Shown here in pieces: positions 25,801 to 40,000 of a stretch of 64,000 bases of DNA. Position numbers and translations under genes: made by a program. This DNA is from Bugula neritina. Lineage: Eukaryota > Animalia > Bryozoa. The stretch is taken from NCBI GenBank assembly GCA_964035545.1, contig OZ037770.1, forward strand, positions 12,700,642 to 12,764,641. Reading direction: 5' to 3'. The notes under the pieces were generated by a model that had not been told where the DNA came from, did not search any database, and was given only the letters and a program-made list of their open reading frames with translations. Every line of letters starts with the position of its first letter. Within the stretch, counting starts at the first letter, position 1.

Positions 25801-28800
25801 TTTAGGGTCAGCTTGTTGTAAGACTGTCAGTATGACTACAGAAAAGCACATGTACCCCTCCTGCCATCACACATGACTTTTGTAGAAATAAGGCTATCAG
25901 ACTGGCACATGTGTCATGCTAGGCAAGTGCCCAAAGCACCTGCCCAGCCATTCATTTCAGTTTATGATAAGACTTTTATATCTTAGCATATTTACAGCAG
26001 CTGTAATTCATAATGTGAAGACACAGTAACAGTTCTACCTAGACGACAAAGAGTCTGTAGAATTGCTGACTAATTCCGCTTTTATCGTAGACTGACTGTC
26101 ATTATACCGACGAGAAGTGTTCAACTCTTCCTGTAGACTTCTGGGCAGCTCTTGGATGGTGGAGGAAGAGCTAGCCTCAGTTCTATACCTATGTGTAAGA
26201 CTAGTCCTGGAGGAGAGGCTGTTGGACCGGCCCCTAACCGAGGTAGGAATGTGTATTCCCTGGTCGGATGAGTCGCTGCCTACGCTGCCGGCTTCGTTTG
26301 TGAGGGAACTGGCTGTGGTTTGGGTGGAGTTGGACGAGTGGCAGCTAGAGATAGAGGCTATCTGCAGCAAATCATTAGACAAAGATGATCTATGGAAAAT
26401 ACAACATTAAAAAGGGTGAATATACAGTAAAGAAAGTCTTGTAAAAAGTAGAGGCAGAACAGGTGAAAAAGTGGTTATCTAATATACCTTGATGACAAGC
26501 AATTAAAATATCTAGAAATAATGCTGATAAGAGGATTCATACTCCTAATTTTTTTTACTTTTAGCACACAGAAAACGCTAGTAAATGAATGAAAATCACA
26601 AAACATTAACACAAATTTTTCTACTTAAGGCTATTAGGATAATAGTTTATCACACTATATAGAAACTTACACTTATTTTAATCAAATCAATTAAATATTA
26701 ATACATTTATTAGCATGAATTTAGTCACTTGAAGTTAGTAGAATAGCAGGTTAAACTCACGCTTGCAGTAGAATTTCTATGTCTGAACATAAGCAGAGAA
26801 TCTTTGTTAGGTCTGCAAAAAATATATTTAGACTCTTGACACTTGAAGCACAGAAACTGGAATCAACTTTTAAAAAATTATAAAATAATTTGATTTGACC
26901 AAAATCAGGCTAGCAAGAGACAACACAAAAATACCAGTAATAATCAAAAATGCAACCTAATGTTTAAAACAATGCCTTATGGTAAAATTGACAATTTTAA
27001 ATTTTTACTCAATATTTAATGGGAAGGTGATGAGATGAAAATTAAGGAGCTATAAAAACTCTTTGCACTGAAAGCTTAAATTATTGAAGTAAATGGTCAA
27101 GATATGTGACAATTTTCCCAGGTAAAGCACATCACTGCAATGAAATGTAATTGGTTCCTTCGAAAATTAACGAAACGAAATTGACAAAAAATTATTTTAG
27201 CTAATTCTAGCCACAAACAAAAATAAACAAGCTAAGCTGTGATTACTTTCTCTTTGATTCTTCATAACAAATGAGGGAGGCTAGCGACACATCCCCTATT
27301 CTGAGATGGTGAGAGACGTCAGTAGAAGTTATCTCCTCTCTGATAGACTGAGATATCTGTGAAAGACTCGGACTATACCCCTGAGAATATTCAAACATTA
27401 TATTAGTAACTGCTCTACCTGTTAGTTTACATATCCATATATATGACAATAAACGTCATTTTGAAAAATGAACTCCAAATAATATCTTTTTATTTCGTCT
27501 TTATACTCGAATTTTTACAAAGCAATGCATATTTATTACAAAATATCAGAGGAAATAGAGAACAGCTGAGTTTTAAAAATATAAATAAATTTAATTAAAA
27601 GCTAATTACAGATTCGCCCAGAAAATATTTCATGCCATAATAAAGCTTTAGTAAAAAAATTACTAAAATAATTATTGTAGATAAATTCAATTAAATTACA
27701 CCTGAACTATTCAAACTAAAAATATAACCACCTTGTAAATATCCAGCAGACTTTCTTTAAATTCAGGCCAACCATCACTGAGCTGTGTGATCAATCTGAA
27801 GTTGTCTTCTTCTTTCACTTTCATCGTATCAAACTCGGAGAAGTCAAAATTCTGTAAGAAATATTATTCTTGCACATTCAACATTTATATAACATTACAC
27901 TCCTGAACTATGGAGAAAAAACACTGACGCTTGGTGAACTAGTCAAATAGATGACGAATTAATATAAAGTAAAATCTGTTGGATTCATATTTCATGCTTA
28001 ATTCAATCAACTCAAATCGATTATTCGGTCACTCTCCATTATTCATGAATAGAAAACGACTCAAAAACTCAACTTTTAACATCTAACTGATTGCCATATG
28101 CCAACATATTTCTGTTTCACGAGAAAAAAACACTGAGTAGCAGTCTGTAAGTTACAAAACCTTAGCCTCGTGTTGAGAAACAAAAATATATATAATTGAG
28201 AAAAAGTGTTATTTCCTAGAATTATTTACTCAATTCTTTTTGATTAACTTCAATCTAAAAATGTAATCTGTTCGCAAGTAACACATCCAATGCTATATAA
28301 TTAAATAGATTTATAATATCAACATTATTTTGTCAAATATAATTCCCAGCTACAATAGCATGTATAAATTAAAAGTTAAATTAACAAATTAGTATAAACC
28401 AACAAAATCAATAGAATTGGCAGCCTAATTCGAGTTAACCTTGCAGAAACTATTCAGATTGCTTTGCAGTACTAGTTTAAATCCATACATCGCAGAATGC
28501 TTGACTAATTTCATAGTAAAAGTTGTGTTTACACAAAGTAAACAATTGGGAACACAACTCCACATCTGAAAATCTACATAATCATGTAGACAGTTACTGA
28601 ATTTTAGGGTAAATGGTAACGCCAGTGTATTTATTTGATGGTAACTTCCTTCAAATTTCAAAATAAACTTCATCAGACAAACTTAGAATAGTAAAAGAGT
28701 GGAGAGAATCAAACTATTTCTTTCAACATCAAAAAATTATTTTAGAAACAATTTCCGGAAAGATCTCTCTCGAGAACAGAACTCACGAAACTCACGAGTT

Positions 28801-31330
28801 GCTTGGTAACGCAGAGAAACACTTCCTCAATGTACGCCAGACGCTCAGAGTCTTCTACAGACATAGAGGAAGTGGAGTAGAGATCATGGTAGTTTCTGAT
28901 ATAGACATCAAGTTCTTTGGCAAATAACCTTATGTTACTTTTCATTAGCTGTCCAACAGCCTAAAACAGAAGTGAATTAGCCTATATAAAATGATGTAAA
29001 GCCATTTGGACAGACTTTAAAATTACAAAAAACTACTTAGCTCTTATCTAGTTTCTAAAAGTCAATAAATTACTAAAATTGAATTTGCTTTAATTAAACC
29101 AACAGGACTAAAAATTAAAATTGATTTAGAACTTCATATAATTAAAGAGGCTCCAAGATAATGCACAGAGCACTACAGTTTACACGAGAGGATAAATCTA
29201 AATAAGCTTCCTAACTTGTAATACAACATAAAATAATGTGTTACTCTACAAAATGCCTATATTAGAACATCAACAGCTTGAGTCTGACAATGAGCACGCC
29301 CTGTTGACTGTTTTAATTTTAATAACAGGTATTACTGTAAAGATACATTTACTCAAAATTGAATCAAGATGATTTCACACTTCCAAATGTAGTTTTGGCT
29401 GGCAGGCTAGTCTATAATAGTTACTTGCTATTCCACTCGAACCGAATTTCCCTATCTATGAATAAAGTGAGAGAATATAATTGAGTACAACTGTGCAAGG
29501 TTCTAAAGCAAACTAGTTCAAAGGCAACAAATTAAAGTGCATGAGGAGCCAATCCCTCAAAATCAAACAGTGTTTCAGACTTAATGTGGAGAAAAACTAG
29601 GATATAAATAATAAACATAAATCATCAAAAAGGTTGAATATAATTAGTTCTACCAGACAGGACAGATCGGAGATAGGTGAAGAGAGGTGAGGAATATAAA
29701 CAATAATAAATTTAACAAAAAACAGCCAATACAAAAACAATGCCAAAACTTCATCAAAACAAAACGACTCCACGCTAAAGCCTAATAGTTAAAAAGAATG
29801 GTCATGCGATACTTGTAATAACAGCATTACCTGGGCTATAGACTGAACCAGGGATTCATATAGGGCTACTAATTTCCCTCTGTGTTTAGATGTGTAGGAC
29901 AGATATACCGGTCTAACATAACCCCTTCCTTGTATATCGTACAGAGTAAAGGCATACAACTACAACATACATCATCAGTTAAGTGATACACACTACTACG
30001 TAGCTTAATACAGCTCATGAGTTTTTAGGTCAGGCTCTATCAATGTGATCTTCAGATCGGTCACACCTAGACTTGAAATATGAGATGCAATATAATTATT
30101 TATAAAAACTACCAAAATGTGCAAAATATACTTCTGACAGCAGGCCGTTATCTCCCCAAGACTTACTAACCAGAAGTATGCTAGTTTCTTTGTAATTAAA
30201 CCGTATGTTGAGTGTTCAATGCTACAGATCAGCTACTACAATGAGTACAAACTTACACCAATCAAATAATTAAACTAATGTATACTAAAAAATATCCCAC
30301 TTTGTATGTGTACATTGCATTGATGCGATACATTCTTTATGTCAATTGTTGAATTTGTCATTAAGCAGTCTATTGCTTTGACCACACTGCATTACATTGA
30401 CCACTCTTATCACTTTGACCACGGTGAATCACATTGAGTTAAAGATAATCACATCCTAACTTATTATACTGAACTGATACTTCAATATACTAAAGATACA
30501 AAACTTGGTGTGGCGAACAAGCATGTGAGATCTCCGGTCATATAGCATGTAACAGTAGCCAATCATGTAAGTTCTCCAGTTAGATAGTAAGTAGCAGTAG
30601 CCAATCATGTAAGATTTCCGGTCAGATAGCATGTAACAGTAGCCAATGACTCACCAGAGTGTAGCAGTCATAATATGAGTCACTGATGAGAGCATGCATG
30701 TCTTCCACCATCTTGAACTGCTGATCGTGTGTGTTAGCTTGAGCAAAGTAGTCGGCTGACATTATCTTGATGGCAAATTGGTCTAAGTTGAAGCCATCTT
30801 TTTCTATCTCCTCCCTACTCGGGATAGTATAATCTGTCTGAAATCACAGATGAAAATCGATTATTAAAAATCAGTCTACTGCAACAATAGACTTTGTAAG
30901 TTTACTATTATTATAAATAAAAAATTTGTAGTGTTCAAAGTTTGGTTCAAACAAAAATATAACGCAAAGGCAACAAAAAAGATAAATAAATACAAATTCG
31001 GAAAGCAAAAATTTGATGACAGTAGACAACAAATAATATCATTAATACATTTTCAAAAACATTATTTCTCGAAAAAAGTCTATAGAGAACAAACAACAAC
31101 AGCATGAACTATCATACAGTGAAATATTGTCCTACCAACGGCACTGGGCCAATGTCATCAGTAAACTCTGTGAGCATAAGGAAGTCAGGATTATTAAAAT
31201 TGGATTTAAACTTATTGATAGCATCAGTTTGGGAATGACGTAAGTACATAGGCATGACGTCTGTTAAGTCCGCCATATTGGCCTGAGTCAGCACGTCATG
31301 AACTATTGCTTCTTCTAACCCATAAATCAT
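22848..31330 (-). CDS. SMCR8: SMCR8-like protein (folliculin/SMCR8 DENN-fold GEF/GAP subunit), multi-exon; terminal exon(s) not resolved
   Basis: Phase-consistent GT-AG exons: 31330-31136 (DFLMLTEFTDDIGPVPL), 30837-30655 (FNLDQFAIKIMSADY), 29959-29831 (TLYDIQGRGYVRPVYLSY), 28960-28796, 27851-27732, 27380-27247, 26856-26761 and 26389-26039 (Ser-rich). Further exons lie near 25653-25430, 25060-24847 (LLFCVLAGQPLILL), 24170-23988 and 22977-22848 (LGLANSNDVNIVK). The motifs match my recollection of SMCR8 (DFILISEFSEQVGPQPL, FSLRIMSVDY, LYDLEARGFVRPFCMAY). Confidence 0.8.
23835..23995. repeat. ~40-bp minisatellite (about 4 copies) containing the splice donor of the adjacent exon
   Basis: The unit is roughly GCTGTTGCTATGTTATCTAATAGTAGGACTCACCTGATTG. 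On the minus strand most units contain CAGGTGAGT or CAGGTAAGT. Confidence 0.75.
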
Positions 31331-31659
31331 AGCCTGTGATAGAGATAAGAAAATTCTAAAAATTGCAGCAGGTACTAGTAAAGAAGATAGTTTGACTAAT
31401 AACTGATTCCAACATTCCGTAGTTTAGTAAAAATAGTTTACTGTGAGAAAAATATATTTTGACAACATGAAAAAATTAAATCACAATCAAAGTTAAGGCC
31501 AAGAGCAACACTATTTAATGTATTATTATATTACCTATTTCTCAGGGTTACTCAAATAATTAGATGGTTTCAAAGTTGATTATCTATTCATAATCATAAT
31601 GAATTATCACTTATGCTTCAGCAACATCAACTAACTCTCAGACATAAAACGAGTAATAG

Positions 31660-32330
31660 TATTAAAAGGTAATAGTAATACTGATAATAATGATAATAAT
31701 GCTAATCATAATGGCCATAACATTATCAGTAAAACCAAAAACTACTAAATCAGAATGCAACCACAATCACAATGGATATGAATTATGATATTCAATTTCA
31801 TGATGATAATCACTATCATATTAATCAAATTATTAATATTGACATAAATAATTATTATTGAATATTTATATGGTTATAATTTTGCTACTAGTACTACTAT
31901 TAGTATTAGGTTTAGCTGATTATGGTGTTCAGGTTTATTTTGAATTTAATAATCATAACCAAAAATTATAATTGTTATACTTACAGTTGCTGACAATCAT
32001 AATCACCTACTCTAAAGTTAATGATAATATTATTCACTGCATAATTATGATTATGATATTGATTATTCAATTCCATAATCATAATGATTACCATTAAGCA
32101 TTAAGCATTATCAATATCATAAAGGATTACTATCATCATTATTTTAATGTTATCATTATGATTATGATTATGATATTGATTATAATTATAATTATAATGA
32201 GTAAATGATAATAAATTAATGATAATCAAAATGAAAATGAAAATCAAAATGACAATTTCAATTTGAATTAAATTAAAACCTAAGGTTAATGAATTATTAT
32301 TATCATTAGGGTAACTAAAGTTCAAAGTTA
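31660..32330. repeat. AT-rich low-complexity (AAT/ATT/ATC-like) region in a 5'UTR intron
   Basis: Degenerate trinucleotide and hexanucleotide repeats such as ataatg, attatg and aaaatg. Confidence 0.6.
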
Positions 32331-33324
32331 AATGTAGACTGCAGCAGCTATTTTTAAAATAATAAAGTGTTCAATTGGGATGAGAAATTAATATAGTCAT
32401 AATTACACTCTAGTATTTATATCAATTCATAATTTATAAACTATTACATTTAATGACACTTCACAGATAATTCTTACCCTCCGTCAACCACGTGCCTGTC
32501 ATGTGACCCGTAAAGTGATTTTCAATTCAAGAGCGAGTAACTCTTACAAATAGCGATGAATTATTTGAGTGTGTTTTTAAATACTATTTATAATAGCCTA
32601 GTGCAGCTTAATGTAGTGTCGTAAGCAACTCGATAACGTTTTGTCAGTATATTAATTATACCTGCAGCCTATTAGAATTGTGCGTGAGTTATCATACAAG
32701 TAAATATAGCAAATAGTAAATAACAAGTGTATGTGCATGGGGGAACATGCTTATAATGCAGGTAATGATGTACAAGAAGCTAATGCATATCCACCATGGT
32801 CCATGGCACTAATTGCTTGGAGGCACATTACACTATATACTTAATTTGCATAACAATAACTGTTCAGAGAGTGCACAATGTACAATTTATCCCCAAAAGA
32901 GGCTATATACCACATAATTTGCATCTTTTTGTTGATCACTTAAACTCTAAAAGTAAACAGACTGGCAAATAATACGTATAATATTTGTGATTGATTATGT
33001 TACAATTTCTTGTTGAGTAACTTCAGTTAAGATGACATGTTGTGGTAACATTGTACTAGCTAACATGTAGACTGTCAAATGTCTAGCAGTATATCACCAG
33101 AAACATTTGACCGAAGATATGGTTGTAAAACTACTCCAGGAAAGTTACAAAACTGTAGCTTGAATTCCTTTATTTGAAAAGTATAAGTTCCAACTTCTAA
33201 CAACTACAGGTATGTACATACAAGATTTATTAGGAATGTAATCAACAACAACAAATAATTGTGTAAATAAAGAAAACAGTTAACAGCATATTTTCGGTGT
33301 AGTCCAACTCTAGCTGTGGCTCCC

Positions 33325-35170
33325 TTAGATTACTAAGTACTTCTTTACCTGCAACATATACACTAAGCTATAGCCACAAGAAATTGCATTTCAACTTTAT
33401 ACATTATTTTATACATATTTCGACCAACCTTCTTAAACTTCCATGTATTCACAAATTTCTCAAAGCATAGTTTAAAAGTTGTCTATTACGTAATATGGCA
33501 ATTAAATAAAAAAAGTATATATAAGCTTCATTCAAAACCATAAAGTACAATCAGATCTCATATATTCAGAATAAATCGCCTTCTTAAACCATGCAAATAT
33601 ACTGCATATACATATTTGACAAACTAGCTATATAATTGATTACACTTTTACTTTGCATAAACTGCAGCTGTCTCATGTAAAAGTTGTACATCAGAATTTA
33701 TAGAGTTAGCTGACTTACCATTAAACCTAATGCAGCTGAAGGGATACCAATAATTACAACTGCTTTAGCCCACCATTGCCAATTGGTTTTTGTTTTTTCT
33801 CTAAAATCAAAGTAACAAATCAGTCATTTCATAAACAGTTTGTCACAGTGAACTGTTTGCTACTTCTTTTAATCTTAAATTACAGTGGTCTGTGCTTGCT
33901 ACAATAAGCTGCCCAGTAGTTTTGAAATATTCACAGTTTTAACTCATCATTTAATAACAAGACGTTGAGAAAGTTGAAAAGTGCAGAATAAACTAATTGC
34001 AGTTTGTATAAAAAACGGTGTTGCTTTTCTTACACAAAATCACTAAAATAAATTCTTTGACATCGAAATGTGATTGATTTCTCTAAAATTTATAGGTTAA
34101 TACTTTTATTAAAATAACTTAATAAAAGTATTAATCTGTGAATTTCGGAGAAACTATTTTATTTATTAGCTAAACATATTATGCCTTCCACATTGGCTTA
34201 TAATAAACAACAATAATTATAAGTGTGGGTCACTAATCATTTAGGACGTTTAGTTATTAACAATTAGCTGTCTCCTATAAAGTCATACATGTTATTTAAT
34301 CTATAAACACAATGACCGCTGCTCTATTAATGGCCCTTTTCAACTATTAGCTGTAAGATAGTTTATATTTACGTTCGAAGTTGTCTTCTCAAAACCTTTT
34401 CACTCAGCCATGCTAGCTCGTCGTCAGAGTCCGAATCTTCTGGTACAGACGGCATTTGCCTTCAAAGATGTATAAATAGTTTAACCTGAAAGTTGCTTAT
34501 CTCATAAATACTGGAAATAATTCAGTAGTTGGAGTTGCCTTCTTTCTGCAGTCAATTATTATTATTATTATTATTATTACATATCGGACACAAGATAATT
34601 GCTAGAAAATAATTCAGCAGTTGGAATTGCCTTTGCAATGCAGTGAGAATAAAAAGCTCACAATATGTATTAATTAAGTTGATATTGTCCCAACTAAACA
34701 TGAGAATATAAGGTACGAGACAGAGTAATGATAATATATTAAATTTCGCACAACTATGAAAGATCATGATCAACTTTCCTATCCTACACAAGGTATCCTA
34801 AATTTCCTAGAAAAAATCTTCCTCAATAGGCAGAAAATATGTAAAACTTTCTAGAAATAGCCTGCTTACTAAGCAAACAATATTTAGAACTTTCTAGAAA
34901 TAGTCTAGCTTACCATGCCACTTTGAAAACCCCAGCTATATCCAAAGGGTGGGGAAAGCCTTCGGGCTGCAGACTTCTTATTGTAGGGGGGTATGAGTCC
35001 CTGCGCTTCCTTTTGTATGACTTTGAGTTGGCCTCAACCGAGTTGTCTTTAGACGTAGACGGGCCAGCTTCAGATTCAAGGCACTCGTCTCTCATCTTTG
35101 GTGAACTTGATTTAGATTTAGCCGACTTGTTGGACTTTTCTTGATCTTCGATGTCATTAGATTTTGCCAT
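33325..35170 (-). CDS. Small spliced gene of unknown function with C-terminal hydrophobic (tail-anchor-like) segment
   Basis: Exons 35170-34914, 34459 (or 34485)-34373, 33800-33719 and 33348-33325 have GT-AG sites. The downstream exons join in frame as MPSVPEDSDSDDELAWLSEKVLRRQLRTEKTKTNWQWWAKAVVIIGIPSAALGLMVKKYLVI*. Confidence 0.5.
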
Positions 35171-38100
35171 AATGAGCCGGTCAAAGCGAGATTGCCACCA
35201 ACAATATGCTACTTCAACTGCTAATTCTAATAAGACTGAGTAAGAAATGTATAATATTCCTATTTATAAAGATTGAGGTTTGCTTTGTGTATAAAAGCTT
35301 TTCTCTGCTGCTATTGAATTTTGAAGCTAAGATGTGCAGTTTGTTTATGGCTTTATTTGGCTAACCAAAGCTTTAATAAGTCATAAAGCAACAAAGCACA
35401 TGGCAATAACCTATATACTTAATAAATTATTATATACTGTATGCAAAATATTTGACAGAAATGAATAACTAAATATTATAATATACACTTTACACGTAAC
35501 TCACTTATATACATATTAGCACAGCTGTTACTATACATGTATATACCATGCAGTCACCTTACTCAAGATCTGACTTAATTGTTTTATACCCAATAAGTTC
35601 TATGTGACATTGTGCAAATAGCATCACCTTTATTGCAATTTGTGAAAATCACTGGGTGTCCAGTAAAAGTGGCACCTGTCGTAAAAATAGCACAGGTAAT
35701 ACAAGCACATGTATTAATGTTAAAAATGGAAAAGTAGATTAAAGTGGCACATTTTCAACATTGGAATTTGGGGTGGAGGTTTGGGCAAATTTAAAATCAG
35801 TGTACTATTTTTAGCTGTGCCAATTTTACCTGTGATATTTTTATCTGAAATTAAGTCATTGCAATCTGTTTTTCTTCTATAAATGATTGTCTGCACATAA
35901 ACATAAGGGATGTTGGTGGTGCAATTGATGTCTGTCATTGTCCTTGTAGGTGAGCATGGTTTCTACTTTTTGAATTTATTGCTTTGACTCTTTTTGGCAA
36001 TAATAAAAAGCTTTTCATAGCTCTCAATGTATTCATTTTGAGCTTTTTTAGTTTAGGCCAGCTATTGCTGTCAAACTTTCATCTGTTCAAAATTGCTAGC
36101 CATCAAATATAGAATAATTATGTTACTTGAGCTAGTGGGTATAACATCTTTGCTTTTAGAAAAAAAAATGCTTTATAAGGGGTTCCTCTGTTCAAGAAAA
36201 GACAACTCTAACTCTAACAAATATGTTACAACAAGCCAGGCTTATTTTCAATATTGCCGAATTGATTCCCTCAACTCCAACACATGAAATAAAAGTTATG
36301 AGTATTATTTATCTAGCTTGAAATATTTATTTATATTAAAATATTTGTATTAATTCTAGCTGCTTTATGCTCTTATTATACCTGTGTAGTTACAGAGATG
36401 GACTAGCCTTTTTTTATGCATTGCATTAGTTTCAAAACTCAATACGATTCAAAAAAATAATATTTTAAATATATGCAGTGTTTAAATATTATAGACTAAA
36501 CTATTGATTAAATGCAAATATGACATTAACTTATTTCTTTTCATTGAATTAAAATACCTGTACATTCCCTTTTACTATTTCTTTTGTCAACCTGCCAATT
36601 TTGGTGTGTAGCTCTTGTGTAAGAAGTCATTTTATTTAAATCTACATAACATACTGTGACCACAAAACCCAATTAAAATGTCATAACTATACACAGCTGG
36701 GTACTAGTCAATCACAACTAGCTGGCATTGCATTGCTTATTCATTAACTGGCAAGTCAGACTGATAAACAATATTATTCTAAACTTACATAGATTATCTC
36801 TTTTTATTGGATAACCCAGCAACTATATTTGAGATCTTTTAAAACTCATAACGTACTATTTTGAGGTAAGTTGCTTAAAGCTTTAACGGAATGTGAGTTT
36901 TTAGTTTCCAACTAACATAGTTATTATATTATGTTTAATAATTTATTATGCAAAATTTAGCAGCAAAGTTTACATAGTTGCCTTGAATCAAGTGCTTTCT
37001 TCTTTATCTTTGACATTGAGTGTAAACTCTCGCAAGTTTACAGTCGTTATCCCTGTGAGAAACCCCTGATAGAAAGGATTTTTGCTAAAGCGGGCTAAGC
37101 ATTTAATTGAATGAGGCGCTGAAGCAATTATGACTGGATTCTCTTTCTAACAACACCAATGGCTTTTGACCGAGCTCGTTCCCATGACTTGGTGTTTACT
37201 AGGCAAACGATCTAACGCTAACCCACAGACCACGGCTGCTATCTTGATTGTGAACTCTTGCAAATATTATAATATATATAAGAACTGTGTCACTATGCTT
37301 TATAAAATTATCTATTACTCGGGTGATGGCTAAGCTTTGTAAAGTTTCTTGTGAGGACTGACTGAAATAACATACATATCTGGCTTATGCTGAATGCAAT
37401 GACTTTCGGTAAAAATGGCACTGGGGGGCCCTATATTGGTAATAAATTGTTATTTTAGGGTAATGGGTTGGCCAATGATTGCTAGGCTAAAGAGACTTCA
37501 CAGGAGAAGGACAGTGGAGGTCTATGATTTAGAGATACTTGATGCACAGGTAGGCATCTGATTATTTATGAAGACCCTGAGAGAACAACATATGCCCATG
37601 AAAATCTACTTGGACATTACAAAGATGGAAATGAATCTGGCTTTAACTTATAGATATCGCATGCATATAAAAATTAACAGCTATTTTTTTTAAGACTAGT
37701 GGTGTTCCTGGAAAGACATACACTGCATTTATACTCAGTCAAAAGTGTAGTGACAATTTTATCTCACTCTGTAAACCTATTACACAATCCAGAGTGATAA
37801 TTATGAGTAAGTCAGAATTAGAAATCCCTGTCCTTTATAGCTGGGTATTGAATTATGTCGCTCATGGTACCAAACAATTTCTTTCTCAGCTCTAGAATAT
37901 ATGCTTTATTGTTGAGTCTCACAATCATATTGATTACTTCATTAGCAGTTGATAGCTACTTTTGGTAAGAGAGTCTCCGTTACAAAGGTTTAATATGGCT
38001 AAGATAGATTATTTCTACAGTGACAATACAACTGTTGGATTCTATACCTATTACATTTCTGCAGAAACTACTTCTACTGAAAGTGACAGATAGTGCTGAG

Positions 38101-40000
38101 AATTCAATTTGATTCTAATGTGTTTAAAAGAGCATTTAATGTTAGTGTATTCAGTATTTTTATGATATAGTGTATAGATAAAAAACTATTAACCTATTCA
38201 CTCTCCTCTCCACCCTACCCGTCCATGTATCTGTTTAAATAATTTTGTGATATCCTTCCAAACAAATAGTGTTAAAGCTGTTCCATTTACTGCTCTCAAG
38301 TCATGGACTGTTACCTTGACATCATTCTCTAGTAAACAACATTTAAATTCTAGATTCTACTGCATAGCCATCTGTTTGGTTTCCATAACTGATGAACCTT
38401 TGTATTATATTCAAATACAAAATAACACTATAGCGTCACCTAAACCAGTTTACTATCAGCAAAATTTGATAAACTATATAAACATTACACACCCCTTTCC
38501 TAGGCTGTTGGTTGCTCTAGTTTTAGCAGTAAAATAACAAATTTCTATGCATAAAACTAAACACATAATTTGTGAAAAATATTGATATAAATTTAAATTT
38601 CTTTTTGCTCCAATAATTAAATTTATTGGATATAATTCTTACTTCAATTTTATTGAATTTATTAAGGTTCTACAGTGGAGCAGCAGTTTGTTTTCTGATT
38701 GATATATTGATTCACACTCTTTCAAGCCCTGAGTTAATTGTTATAAAGTGTTTAGATGTGCAGCTGTAATATCTACATAAACCGATACTAAATATATAGG
38801 CTTAAGTTAACAGCTCATAGATAATACACAAGATGGAGCCACTTTTGATGACTGTGAGGGTCTATAATTATTTCTAAAATAATTCTGTTAAATTCATTTT
38901 TAGCTTGAAATATGATGCTGCTATGACAATAGTTAAGATTCCTACTCAAATACTAAATACTGTAAACAATGGACGATTTATTTTAATCTGTCAAATAGTT
39001 GTGTAAACATTATATAATTGGCTTTGACTTTTTTATGTCTAATTACGAGATACTAAACAGATGCAAAGTATGTTGTGCATAGGCAGTTTTTTATGCTGCT
39101 AAACAACATTCTAGGAAAATATATACTGAAACATTATGAGACTCACTATAATCTATATCCTTATTAGGAGTTTGAATATATCAAATTAGATCTGCTGTGT
39201 AAAAACCTCGCTATTTTATTATTAATCTACACTGTCTCTGCTTTATACTTCATTTATTTACTTTTTGAAGCTAAGAGCTCCATGTTATCTGGAGCTTTTT
39301 ACTTCCAAAATGTTATGCACGTAATACTAGGGCATATCAACTCCCCCAGCCCCTAATTCTCCTCACTGCTAGAATTAAGGCTACTGTTCTGATAAGATTT
39401 TGGTAACATAAGAAGGGGAGGACCTCATTCACACACTGCTAGCCTTGCTAGTGCATGAGAAGATAAACTGTAGCTGTAAACTTATACCATAAGATAGAGT
39501 AGAGAAATAATATGACGAGAAACAATTTGACTCACTGTAGAATGTAGATTCAAGGTGAGTTGACAGTTATAATGAATAGAAGTTTATAAATGCTACAATC
39601 ACAATTTGATGAAATTTGGTGATGTTTTGTAGTCTATGTTTGTGATATAGTTAACTGTGACATTTCTAAAATAGGGTAGTACTTAAAAATATCAATGCAG
39701 ACATACTCAACGCCTGATCTGTTCATGTTTGCATGGTTTGGGGGTTTTTACTTTGTGTTAATAACTCCATAGTCAACAACCATTTATAGCAGTTTAGAGC
39801 AGTAGCTAAGCTAAAGCACCATCTTAATTTAACCTGGAGCACTGTGAACATGTATGAGGGAGAATCATTTTCATTTATTCGTTGTTTCAGATATAAAAGT
39901 TGCACTGTGATGAGATATAACAGACTGTGTTATACTAAAGTATAATGGAGAACTCATCCATTGTGATATACAGACTATTATAACGCAGAGACTCAACAAC

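Noticed and set aside
36860-39560. Possible 5'UTR exons of the LRR gene (donors near 36867, 37550, 39555)
   Set aside because: The splice-like motifs are plausible, but there is no coding or comparative support without transcripts.
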